This document shows, in pieces, positions 23,450 through 34,555 of a DNA stretch of 44,309 nucleotides. Below the pieces are notes generated by a model. That model saw only the letters and a list, made by a program, of their open reading frames with translations, ran no database searches and was not told where the DNA came from. A program made the translations under genes and the position numbers. Origin of the DNA: Octopus bimaculoides (Eukaryota); the NCBI RefSeq assembly GCF_001194135.2, contig NC_068986.1, positions 39,904,383 to 39,948,691 on the forward strand, written 5' to 3'. Position 1 is the first letter of the stretch. The number at the start of each line of letters is the position of its first letter.

Positions 23450-23620
23450 AGTATTTCTTCCAGCTCTTTGTATTCTGAGTTCAAATATCACCAAAGTCAA
23501 CTTCGCCTTTCATCTTTTTAGGTTTGATAAAATAAAGTACCAGTTAAGTACTAGGGTCAATGAAATCAATAACCCTCTCCCCCTAAAATGGCTAGCCTTG
23601 TATTAAAATTTGAAACAATG
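23450..23620 (+). mobile_element. SINE family B, 5'-truncated
   Basis: TTCTGAGTTCAAAT...CGCCTTTCATC...AAGTACCAG...GCCTTGT. Confidence 0.75.
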
Positions 23621-24559
23621 AAATATAATGATGTGATAAATGCTTATAACTTATCATTATTTGATATTGTCCATTCTGTTGAGAATGCTAGAAATAAGTA
23701 CTAAATTATTTACTATATGCATTTTGTAGGGATCTCCCTAGGTCAATATTGACCATGTTTCTGTACATATATGTGCAGGCCTGGGTAAGGGGATTTTGAG
23801 GAAGACTGACAGATTCCAATGCTGCAAGTTACCCCTCTCCATGATATCAACATTAATTTAGGGAAAAGGCCATCCACTTGGACCAATATAGTTTGGCCAC
23901 AGTGTCATTACAGGCATTGTCATCAGAATACAAAAAGATGGAATAGAAACCACAAAGCATCTTTTCTGACCCTTTAATAGTTCAGCCAATCTACTGACCT
24001 GGATTAGAACTTTATACTGACTTTGAAAGAATGAAGGTCAAAGATGACCTCAGCAGGATTTGATCTCTGAGTACAGGGAATAACAAATACTGCGAGGCAT
24101 TCTGTTCAACGCTCTAATGTCACTGCCAACTTGCTATAAAGTGCAATTATATAATGGGATTAATGAATTTACTACCAAGTCGAGTCTTGGGAAAGTATTG
24201 ATTTTCTTTTTGTATATGGAGGAGCTTTCCACCTCTTCTAGAGAGAGCAACATTAAAATCTATAATATTTGCTAAAACAATTATGATAATCATTATTTTA
24301 ATTGCTTCCCCCATTTTTGTTCCACTACCTGTATCATCTCCTGCTCCTTAAAAGTTTTCATTGGGTACCCCATTACTACCATTTCTACCTTTTTCTTTTT
24401 ACCCAGACACTTCCACCCACCCTTATATAAATGCAGGGTGGCCATGTATTTGCTCTATTGTGAGACACTTCTATTTGTCCCTGTTGTAAACTCAGCTCTC
24501 CACCCTCTCAAATCCTCACCCCAATTAGTCAAGAGGGCTCTTCTCTTTTCTTGTTCTTT

Positions 24560-24787
24560 CTTGCCTTGAAAGTTACTTGGTAACTTCACCAGTGTCAGTG
24601 CCACAAAAAAAAGGGCCCAGTACACACTATAAAGTGATTGGGGTTAGGAAGGGCATCCATTTGTAGAAACTATGCCAAAACTGACATGGGGCACAATGCA
24701 GCCCTGTGACTTGCCAGATCCAATCAGATTGTCCAACCTGTGCCAGCATGGAAAACAGACATTGAATGATGATGATGATGATGATGA
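24560..24787 (+). mobile_element. RTE 3' UTR orphan (family C variant)
   Basis: GGGGTTAGGAAGGGCATCC...CAGACATTGAATGATGATGAT. Confidence 0.8.
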
Positions 24788-25034
24788 TTTTTAGAGCTAA
24801 CAGGAAGCTATTAAAGTTGTTGTTGTTTTGGTAGCTTTTGAAGTAGGTGTTTATTCAAAGGTCAGTCCTTATTAAGAATATATATGATCAATGGCACATT
24901 CTAAGCTGTGACCATCTCTGACATCCTTATCCAACATTAGAGTGAGTGTTATTTGAGGGAAATTTGGCTATTACTTCAAGAAGGTCAAGGCTTCCTTCTT
25001 GACTTGGCTAATACGAAAGTATATGATCTGTCTC

Positions 25035-25182
25035 ACGTTAGGAAGAGCACCCAGCTGTAGAAACTCTGCCAAATCAGATTGGAGCCTGGTGTAGCCATCT
25101 GGTTCACTGGTCCTCAGTCAAATCGTTCAACCCATGCTAGCATGGAAAGTGGATGTTAAACGATGATGATGATAATGATGAT
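25035..25182 (+). mobile_element. RTE 3' UTR orphan (family C)
   Basis: GTTAGGAAGAGCACCCAGCTGTAGAAACTCTGCC...GTTAAACGATGATGAT. Confidence 0.85.
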
Positions 25183-25210
25183 ATATGTATATACACACAT
25201 ATACACACAC

Positions 25211-25563
25211 ACTCATACTTCAGTACTATGGACTAAAAGTGGGGAACGTCGGTCCAATGAAGCTGATTGTCCATAAGTACCAACACTAAGGTTAGGTTAC
25301 ATTAGGAGGGGCTAATATCAACAATTACATTACAAAAGACTGAGGAATAAATACAGTACTATACTTTTAATCGAGCACACTATCCAATCTGACTGTAAAA
25401 TACCTGAAAACAGTAAATACACACTATCATACAGTTAATTCAACAGTTTTGATTTGAAATCAGATTTACCATGGATGGTGAAGTGGTGTTGTTGATATGC
25501 CATGATTTTGTCCGCTGCTTCCAAAATCTGTGAAGGGGATGTCCATAGTACCAAAGTATGAGT
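25211..25563. mobile_element. 353-bp MITE with 23-bp TIRs, superfamily unassigned
   Basis: ACTCATACTTCAGTACTATGGAC ... GTCCATAGTACCAAAGTATGAGT (21/23 match). Internal GGTTAGGTTAC. Embedded in a CA/TA microsatellite. Confidence 0.8.
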
Positions 25564-25624
25564 ATATATATATATATATATATNNNNNNNNNNGCTTAAC
25601 TGTAGTTCGTCTGTCTTTACATTT

Positions 25625-25908
25625 TGGGTCGTTGCCAGTGCAGCTGGACTGGCTCCCGTGCAGGTGGCACGTAAAAACACCTTTTTGAGTGTGGCCATTG
25701 CCAGTACCGTGTGACTGGCCCGCGTACCGGTGGAACGTAAAAGCACCCATTACTCTCTCGGAGTGGTTGGCGTTAGGAAGGGCATCCAGCTGTAGAAACT
25801 CTACCAGATCAGATTGGAGCCTAGTGCAGCCATCTGGTTTGCCAGTCCTCCGTCAAATCGTCCAACCCATGCTAGCATGGAAAGCGGACATTAAACGATG
25901 ATGATGAT
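25625..25908 (+). mobile_element. RTE 3' UTR orphan (family C), young copy
   Basis: CpG-retaining GGTCGTTGCCAGTG...GGCGTTAGGAAGGGCATCCAGCTGTAG...TAAACGATGATGATGAT. Confidence 0.9.
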
Positions 25909-26239
25909 GGTATAGATCTAGATATAGATACACATACACACATACACACACACACACACACACATATATATGGTAGTTGTCTACTCCTTATGCAGAGTTT
26001 GACCACCTCTTGTACCTACCCCTGACAATGTACTGAAAAGATACCCACATAGATTGCATATCTGATTTGGACCATCAAGAGCTGCTGTTAAGTTCTGATC
26101 TTTGTGGATCTTAAAATGTCTTTTGAGGCCTCCGTTAGATCTGCAGACCTTGTGGCATACACAGCATTAAAAGGTGTGTACAGATGTGTGTGTGTGTGTG
26201 TGTGTGTCCTGAAGATACTCAGTTACTGTTTTTGACTTG

Positions 26240-26655
26240 GGCTGTGTGGTAAGAAGTTTGTTTACCAACAACGTGGTCTCAAGTTCACTTCCACTGCATA
26301 TCATCTTAGGGAAATGTTTTTTGCTATTATCCTGAACCAGCTAAAGCTCTCTGAGTGGATTTGGTAGACAGAAACTGAAAGAAGCCCATTGTGTATGAGT
26401 GTGTGTGTGTGCATGTGCATGCATGTGTGTATGTGCGTGTGCGTGTGGTTGAGTTTGTATCTGTCTCCCCTCCACTTGACAACCGGTGTTGGCTTATTTA
26501 TGTCCCTCTAATTTAGCAGTTCAGCAAAAATGCTTAACAGAATACGTACCATATTTTAAATAAGTACTGGATGTCAATTTGCTCGATTGAAAAATCCTTC
26601 AAGGTGGTGCCCCAGTATGGCCACATTCAATGACTGAACCAAGTAAATGATAAAG
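26240..26655 (+). mobile_element. SINE family A, near full length
   Basis: GGGCTGTGTGGTAAGAAGTTTG ... GACTGAACCAAGTAAA. Confidence 0.9.
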
Positions 26656-27259
26656 ATTTTATGAATGTTATGCTGACCCAGTGAAGCACATTTCAAAAAA
26701 CTGTCAAAATACAAGGCACAGACCATTATTAACAATTTATCCCCAAAACTGCAACATAGAAACAGAGCTAAGGAAATTCTTCTGAAGTACCCTGATAGTA
26801 ACAATCTAAATTCATGGAAGAGATTGCTTTGACTTTTCATTGTCAAACAGAATGAGGAATGTAAAAGTCATGGCAACTCAGTGATGCAAAAATTGAGGAA
26901 TTGTTAATATTTTCTATGTGAAAACACAAATACAAAAATCGAATTATTTATTTATCTGTTTACTTATTTATTTTGTTTTTCTATTTTATAGTTAAAATGA
27001 ATAATGGAACTAGTGTATTATCAAATTTAAATTGTTTCAAAGAATATAAGTACAATATAAATAATTTAATATTACCACTTGAATTCAAGATTTGGTTGGT
27101 TGAGTTGAGACAATCTCTATTCTTGTATGAAATGCTTTTATTTCATGAGGTCGAGCTATGATTTGAAGGAAGAGCAAAAATGGAATTGGTAAACATTGTT
27201 GGTGTATCACAAGGTTCAGCAATGTCTCCTCTCTCCCTCCCTCACTTCTTTACATTATC

Positions 27260-27700
27260 TTCTTTTGGTTGTTGCAGCCATTGAACTATGGCATTGCTGG
27301 GGCACCACCTTGAAGTGTGTGGTCAAATAAAATAAATCCAATTATTTATGTTTTCTTTAAAAAGTCTGGTACTTATTCGATCATTCATTTTTGCCAAACT
27401 GTTATGTAACAAGGATCTAACCGAAGCAACAGTGGGTGTCAAGCAGTGGTGGGAGAGAAATACAAGACACACACATACACACTCATACATACATGCATGC
27501 ATAAATACATTCATACATACACACATTATATGCGAACACACACACACACACATACAATGGGCTTCTACACATTTACTAAATTCACTCACAAGGTATTGAT
27601 TGGCCAGGGGCTATAGTAAAAGACACTTGCCCAATGTGTCTTGCTGTGGGATTGAACCGAAACCCACAGGGTTTCAGTGCAAGACTCTTAATTACTCAAC
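27260..27700 (-). mobile_element. SINE family A, near full length
   Basis: Reverse complement of head, (CA)n middle and tail. Confidence 0.9.
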
Positions 27701-28030
27701 CATGCTTGCAACTATTAAGGAACTAATTTCTCTCATTTCTAACAACATACAATCCTATGATGCATTTTTTTTTTCTTTTTACAACTCAGTCAGGAATAGA
27801 AGGGCAACATACATAACTCTTTTAATTTTTTAAAGGCTTCCAGGTCTGGTAGGAAAAATACCTGGTTCCATCTCCTCTAGCTATCCACATCTAATGCCAA
27901 AGAGGAACCAAGGCAATGAAACTGACTAATATTGAACACCAATGTGTTGTAGTAATAATAATAATAGTAATATTCTTTCAATACAGCTGAACAAGACTTG
28001 ATGATTTGCCATTTGATTGTAGGCTCATTC
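27701..28030 (-). mobile_element. Decayed PLE endonuclease C-terminal remnant (downstream part)
   Basis: Reverse strand gives TIKWQIIKSC and NERN*FLNSCKH (cf. the PLE motifs IKW.I and LNKRSELISKCRH). Confidence 0.5.
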
Positions 28031-28950
28031 GGATGATGCTTTTTATGTGCCACCAGCATGGAAGCCAGTCGAGGTGGAGCTGGCATCGGCCACGTTTGGA
28101 TGGTGCTTTTTACATGCCACCGGCACAAGTATCACAACTACAATTTCCATTTGGTTATGATTTGATTTGATTTTGATGTACTTGACTCAATAGGTCTCCT
28201 CAAGCATGGCATGTCACCCTACGATTCAAGGTACTTTTGAGTGGGCTGGTTATGCGATACTGGTGTACATTACAACTGTGAACTCACTTTATTTGCCGGG
28301 TCTTCTCAGACACAGCATATCTCCAGAGGTCTCGGTCTTTTGTCATTGCCTCTCTGAAGCCCAACATTCGAAGGTCATGCTTCACCACCTCAACCCATGT
28401 CTTCCTGGGTCTCCCTCTACCCTGGATTCCTTCCACTATTTGAGAGTGACACTTCTTCACACAGCTCTCCTTATCCATTCGTGGGTACATGGCCATACCA
28501 GCACAAACGTCTCTCTTTCATGCCACATCCGATGCTTCTTATGTCCAACATTTCTCTCAGGGCGTTTACACTCTGTTGTGTGTGCACACTGACATTACAC
28601 ATCCAGCAGATCATGGTAGCTTCGTTTCTTTCGAGCCTACACATGTCTTCAGCAGTCACAGCCCATGTTTCTCTTCCATGAAGCATAACAGTTTGCACAC
28701 ATGCATTGTACAATCTACCTTTTACTCTGAGCGAGAGGCCCTTTGTCACCAGTAGAGGTAGGAGCTTTCTGAACTTTGCCCAGACTATTTTTATTCTAGT
28801 CGTAACACTCTCTGAGCATCCACTCCCACTACAGACTTGGTCACCTAGGTAGTGGAAGCTATCAGCTACTTCTACTTTCACCCCTGGCATGTGAAGGAAT
28901 CTGTCTTCTGAGTATCTGTGGTCTTTATTGCCCTTGTGCATCTGCCGCAC
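28031..28950 (-). mobile_element. RTE-clade LINE 3' fragment (ORF2 end plus part of 3' UTR)
   Basis: FHYLGDQV...LYNACVQTVMLHGRETW...RLERNE...RRLCWYGHV, then in another frame EGIQGRGRPRKTWVEVVKHDL...DRDLWRYAVSEKTRQIK*, followed by GGTGGCATGTAAAAAGCACC repeats. Confidence 0.92.
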
Positions 28951-30489
28951 ACGAAAGCTATCTTCCTGGTTAATCTTCTTTTTGTTGTTGCTGCACCTTT
29001 TATTTATTNNNNNNNNNNNNNNNNNNNNNNNNNNNNNNNNNNNNNNNNNNNNNNNNNNNNNNNNNNNNNNNNNNNNNNNNNNNNNNNNNNNNNNNNNNNN
29101 NNNNNNNNNNNNNNNNNNNNNNNNNNNNNNNNNNNNNNNNNNNNNNNNNNNNNNNNNNNNNNNNNNNNNNNNNNNNNNNNNNNNNNNNNNNNNNNNNNNN
29201 NNNNNNNNNNNNNNNNNNNNNNNNNNNNNNNNNNNNNNNNNNNNNNNNNNNNNNNNNNNNNNNNNNNNNNNNNNNNNNNNNNNNNNNNNNNNNNNNNNNN
29301 NNNNNNNNNNNNNNNNNNNNNNNNNNNNNNNNNNNNNNNNNNNNNNNNNNNNNNNNNNNNNNNNNNNNNNNNNNNNNNNNNNNNNNNNNNNNNNNNNNNN
29401 NNNNNNNNNNNNNNNNNNNNNNNNNNNNNNNNNNNNNNNNNNNNNNNNNNNNNNNNNNNNNNNNNNNNNNNNNNNNNNNNNNNNNNNNNNNNNNNNNNNN
29501 NNNNNNNNNNNNNNNNNNNNNNNNNNNNNNNNNNNNNNNNNNNNNNNNNNNNNNNNNNNNNNNNNNNNNNNNNNNNNNNNNNNNNNNNNNNNNNNNNNNN
29601 NNNNNNNNNNNNNNNNNNNNNNNNNNNNNNNNNNNNNNNNNNNNNNNNNNNNNNNNNNNNNNNNNNNNNNNNNNNNNNNNNNNNNNNNNNNNNNNNNNNN
29701 NNNNNNNNNNNNNNNNNNNNNNNNNNNNNNNNNNNNNNNNNNNNNNNNNNNNNNNNNNNNNNNNNNNNNNNNNNNNNNNNNNNNNNNNNNNNNNNNNNNN
29801 NNNNNNNNNNNNNNNNNNNNNNNNNNNNNNNNNNNNNNNNNNNNNNNNNNNNNNNNNNNNNNNNNNNNNNNNNNNNNNNNNNNNNNNNNNNNNNNNNNNN
29901 NNNNNNNNNNNNNNNNNNNNNNNNNNNNNNNNNNNNNNNNNNNNNTTCTTATTCTAGCAGCTACACTTTCAGCGCACCCACCCCCACTACTAACTTGGTC
30001 GCCCAGATAGCGGAAGCTATCGACTCATACTTTAAATTTTGACTTTAGATTTATATTTCTATAGTTTTGAATTTTTATCACCTCTTATTTTGTACTTGAC
30101 AAAGACTGACTTACTGTGGAAATATCGTTCAACCAATAAAATATCTATTATAATCGAATCACGCTCTTCGTCTTGACTGTCTACCTTTGTGAAGAGTTAT
30201 GTCAATCCTTTTTAAAATATAATAATAATAATAAGAGAGTATTGTAGTTTGCTAAAAAAAAAAAAGGAAGGGCAAAAAAAAAAAGGAAAAGAGAAGCTGC
30301 ACATATAACACATAACTTAGAAGCAGTGCCATAGATGTACCAACACAGCACACACGAGATTGAAACAGCCGACCTCACGCACTTCTCATGAGGAATTCCA
30401 GAAGAAGCTTCGTGAGACCACTACGGAGATGCTTCCGAAAAAAGGAAAACCGTTGGAAAACAGTTTATAGCAGAGACTCCAGCAAATAA

Positions 30490-30525
30490 GATCTGAAGAA
30501 GGAATTGTAATTCCGAAATATCATC
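30490..30525 (+). ncRNA. Minimal hammerhead-ribozyme-like motif with intact core
   Basis: GAT-CTGAAGA-A-GGAAT-TGTA-ATTCC-GAAA-TA-TC-ATC: 5-bp stem II, ATAT palindrome as stem III, 3-bp stem I. Confidence 0.6.
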
Positions 30526-30617
30526 GGACAATAGATAACCAAGTTACAACAGGTATATAGTCCATTTTTTGTTCTATAGTGCATTGTTATACCATTCTAA
30601 ACTTTTTATTCTTTACA

Positions 30618-30619
<2 letters not shown>

Positions 30620-30683
<64 letters not shown>
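30620..30683. repeat. (AAT)n microsatellite
   Basis: Directly visible tandem repeat. Confidence 0.95.
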
Positions 30684-30688
<5 letters not shown>

Positions 30689-30833
30689 CACTTGCCCATG
30701 GTGCTGCACGGAGGGACTGAACCTAAAACCACATGACTTTCAAAGCAAACTTGTTAACCAGTTATACAGGCCATGCCAATAAACGTTTTTAATTCTAACA
30801 CAGTATTCACCACATTCTCAAATTACATCACCG

Positions 30834-30929
30834 AAATACCTGGCTCCATCTCCTCTAGCTATCCACATCTAATGCCAAAGAGGAACCAAGGCAATGAAAC
30901 TGACTAATATTGAACACCAATGTGTTGTA

Positions 30930-30964
<35 letters not shown>

Positions 30965-31020
30965 CTTTCAATACAGCTGAACAAGACTTGCTGATTTGCC
31001 ATTTGATTGTAAGCTCATTC
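30834..31020 (+). repeat. Direct duplicate of 27856-28030 (~175 bp)
   Basis: AAATACCTGG...GCTCATTC is nearly identical in both copies, with a few substitutions and a different (AAT)n length. Confidence 0.95.
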
Positions 31021-31200
31021 ACTTCTGTGATTGCTTTCTAGCCTTGGCAACTAAGTGATTTAATGCTGTCTCATTTCTATTGTCTGCCTGTTTTACCAAA
31101 ATGACTAGTGCCAACTCTTCATGAATTCTAATGCGGTCATTAGTGTTTACCATTCAATTGGGTTTGTTATCTCACCAATTACTATCAGAAAAATCTTAGC
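30960..31200 (-). mobile_element. Decayed PLE GIY-YIG region (upstream part of the 27701-28030 remnant)
   Basis: Reverse strand VIGEITNP...RIRIH...NRNETAL...ELTIKWQISKSC resembles the YIG-R-H-NETAL-IKW order of PLE endonucleases, with frameshifts. Confidence 0.4.
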
Positions 31201-31359
31201 TCTGTTGGGAATGAAAGTCATTCTTAATGTATTTAATTTTTTTTTTTTTTTAATATTTTTGCTTTGCTTCTTATTTATTTATTTATTTATTTATTTGCTG
31301 CCATATTGGATGTCGCATTTCCTATTTTTAGAGTCAAATCTTGTCAGTGTTTTGCATGT

Positions 31360-31364
<5 letters not shown>

Positions 31365-31443
<79 letters not shown>
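31365..31443. repeat. (TG)n microsatellite
   Basis: Directly visible tandem repeat. Confidence 0.95.
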
Positions 31444-31445
<2 letters not shown>

Positions 31446-31611
31446 TCTTGTGTGCATGTCAATATATATACAAACATACATGGGTACAAACAAGCATATG
31501 TACTTACATATTCACACATCCATCTGACCATCCATCTGTCCATGCATCAATCCATCCCTTCACATACATGCACACACACACATGTGTACATGTACACATA
31601 TATATGTATAC

Positions 31612-31691
<80 letters not shown>

Positions 31692-31870
31692 GTGTGTATG
31701 TATGATGTATGCGTGTATGTATGTATATGTAGGCTACTGATACCAGATAAAAATGCTAAACATTAATGGTATGCTAATGAGTCGTTCCAGTTCTCTGACT
31801 GTATTAGATCTGATGCGTATATAAACAGAATGACTACTTGCTTCTCCCAGATTGGTCGAGTGATGCAGAC

Positions 31871-31914
31871 ATCTCTGAAGAGACCCCAACAAGGGTCTAA
31901 AAATCAATTAAGAG
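31871..31914 (+). ncRNA. Degenerate hammerhead-like motif
   Basis: TCT-CTGAAGA-GACCC-CAACAA-GGGTC-TAAA-AATCAAT-TA-AGA: canonical CUGAAGA and a 5-bp stem II, but GAAA reads TAAA. Confidence 0.4.
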
Positions 31915-31940
31915 TTTTCATTTATTTTCTCAATCTTCAG

Positions 31941-31965
31941 AGAGATAGATAAAATTGGTACATTT
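31941..31965 (+). other. Candidate 25-nt microexon
   Basis: TTTATTTTCTCAATCTTCAG|AGAGATAGATAAAATTGGTACATTT|GTAAGT. Only one frame is open (EIDKIGTF). Confidence 0.25.
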
Positions 31966-32059
31966 GTAAGTCCACCACATAAGTTTATATATAAATGTTG
32001 ACTACATAATTATATATATATGTGTGTGTGTATACATATATATATGTGTATTATGTAAG

Positions 32060-32442
32060 TGTGGCTGTGTGGTAAGAAGCTTGCTTCGTAACCACATGGA
32101 TCTGAATTCAGTTCCACTGCGTGGCACCTTGGGTAAGTGTCTTTTATAGCCTCAGGCTGACCAAAGCCTTGAGAGTGGATTTGGTAGATGAAAACTGAAA
32201 AAAGCTTGTTGTATGTATATATGTATGTGTGTGTGTGTGTGTATTCATTCCCCCACTATCACTTGACAACCAAAGTTAGTGTGTTTACATCTTTGTAAAT
32301 TAGTAGTGCTGCAAAAGAAACCAATAGAATAAGTACTGGGCTTACAAAGTATAAGCCCTGGGGTCGATTTATTTGACTAAAAACCCTTTAAGGTGATACT
32401 TCAGCATGGCTGCAGTCAAATGACTGAAACAAGTAAAAAAAA
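32060..32442 (+). mobile_element. SINE family A, full length
   Basis: GTGGCTGTGTGGTAAGAAGCTTGCTTCG ... GACTGAAACAAGTAAAA. Confidence 0.92.
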
Positions 32443-32599
32443 ATGTATAACATCTCTTATGTGTACATATAAGTGTGTGACTGGTACTGTTATGTTTAGA
32501 GCTCTACATAGATTATCATCATCCAGTCCGCTTCTAGTATAAAATGGTTAAGCTACAGCTATTCTTACTAATATTACCATTTATGATATACAGAGCAAA

Positions 32600-33255
32600 T
32601 CATCATCATCGTTTAATGTCCATTTCCCATGCTGATATGGGTCGGACGGTTTGACGTGAAGCCAGCCAGCTGGGAGCTGTCCAGACACCAATTATTTGTT
32701 GTGATATGGTTTCTATGGCTGGATGCCCTTCCTAATGCCAATCACTTAACAGAGTGTGCTGGGTGCTTTTTACCTGCCACTGGCATAGGTGCATTTATGC
32801 AGCACTGGCACAGGTGCATTTACACAGCACAGGTGTGGTTACACAGCATGGTTGCATTTACACAGCACGCGTGTGTTTACATAGCATGGGTCCATTTATG
32901 CAGCATGGGTGTGTTTACATGGCACCAGCACCTGAAAGAACAAGCCTGTATGTGTGGAAGACAGCTATTTTACTTAGATTGATGTGTCTTATCAGATACA
33001 GCAAATCGCCACATTTTCCACTTCCTTGTCATTTCCTCAGTGAGGCCTAGCATCCAAAGGTCCTTTCTTGCCACTTCATCCCATGTCTTCCTGGGTCTAT
33101 GCCTTCCACAGGTACCCTTCACAATTAGAGCTCAGCACTTCTTTATGCAGCTGTCCTCATCCATAGGCATCACATGATCATACCAGCTCAGTCTTCTCTA
33201 TTACACACAACATCTGATGCCTCTTATACCCAGTTTTCCTCTTAAACCATTTACA
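32600..33255 (-). mobile_element. RTE LINE 3' end: ORF2 C-terminus, 3' UTR with minisatellite, (GAT)n tail
   Basis: Reverse strand ...RLSWYDHVMPMDEDSCIKKC...GRHRPRKTWDEV...DKTHQSK* runs continuously into family C sequence ending TAAACGATGATGATG. Confidence 0.88.
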
Positions 33256-33284
33256 AATATTAGAGAAATTAAGTTGTTGTTTGT

Positions 33285-33565
33285 TTCTTCTCGAGCCATA
33301 CCTAACTCATAAGGGCCGGTTTCCTTGTTTCATTGGCGTATAGGTTCCCCATCTGGTTGGAACGCCAGTCCATTGCAGGTGAGCTGCTAGATGCAGGAAG
33401 GAAGTGGCAAAAGAGTCAGCAGAAGTTTGCCATTACCTTGTGCCAGAGCTGCGTGGAGCTTAGGTGTTTCACTCATAAACACACACATCGCACAGTCTGA
33501 GATTCAAGCCTGCGATCTCTCGACCACAAGTCCACTGCTCCAATCACTAGGCCATGTGCTTCCAC
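33285..33565 (-). mobile_element. tRNA-derived SINE (family D-related)
   Basis: Head similar to 7695-7590, tail similar to 17061-17170. Confidence 0.8.
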
Positions 33566-33919
33566 AGAGAAATTATGATACACACAAATTTATAACATTT
33601 GTTTCTACCATTGAGGTTGTTTAGAACTCTGCATTGGACATTCTTATTGTAATAGGATGCTTAACCACAAAGGATCATCAGGGGAGCATTTTATTGAATA
33701 ATGTTATAGAAAGTTATGAAAGATATAAATAGTTAGATAGACTGCAATTGCCATAGTTTATTTAAACTGGTCCAGTGGCCTGTTACTCTAGTTTCCACAT
33801 CATACTATTGCTTTTTTTCAGACCACTCAAACCAAGCTCCAATAGCTGCAGCAGAACACTGTGAAAACATGCATGGATGCAAACATGCATGAACACACAC
33901 AAACACACACACATGCACA

Positions 33920-33968
<49 letters not shown>

Positions 33969-33979
33969 ACATATATAGG

Positions 33980-34133
33980 TGTGGCTGTGTGGTAAGAAGC
34001 TTGCTTCCCAACCACATGGTTTTGGGTTCAGTCCTACTGCGTGGTACCTTGGGCAAGTGTCTTCTACTGTAGCCCTGGGCCAACCAAAGCCTTGTAAGTG
34101 GATTTGGTAGATGGAAACTGAAAGAAGCCCACC

Positions 34134-34196
<63 letters not shown>

Positions 34197-34378
34197 CTTG
34201 ACAACTGGTGTTGGTATGTTCATGTTCTCATAACATAATAGTTTGGCAAAAGAGGCTGATAGGAAAAGTACTAGGCTTTAAAAAATAAGTCTTGGGATTG
34301 ATTTCTTTGACTAAAATCTTTCAATGCAGTGCTCCAGCATGGCCACAGTCAAATGACTGAAACACAAAAGAATTAAAG
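33980..34378 (+). mobile_element. SINE family A, full length
   Basis: Head, (TG)n middle and tail are all present. Confidence 0.92.
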
Positions 34379-34394
34379 AATATATATATACATG

Positions 34395-34555
34395 TGATGA
34401 GCTTCTTTCAGTTTCTACCTACCAAATCCATTCCCAAGGCTTTGGTTAGCCCAAAGTTGTCATAGAAAACACTTGGCCAAGGTACTGAACTGAGGGACAA
34501 GACCCAAAATCATGGTTGGGAAGCAAACTTCTTACCACGCAGCCATGCCTGTGCC
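34395..34555 (-). mobile_element. SINE family A head
   Basis: CTTCTTTCAGTTTC...CTTACCACGCAGCC. Confidence 0.85.

Noticed and set aside
30340-30550. Long nearly open frame (SHEEFQKKLRETTTEM...) ending at a CAG|GTATAT donor
   Set aside because: It has an in-frame TAG and no acceptor, and overlaps the hammerhead-bearing repeat-like block.
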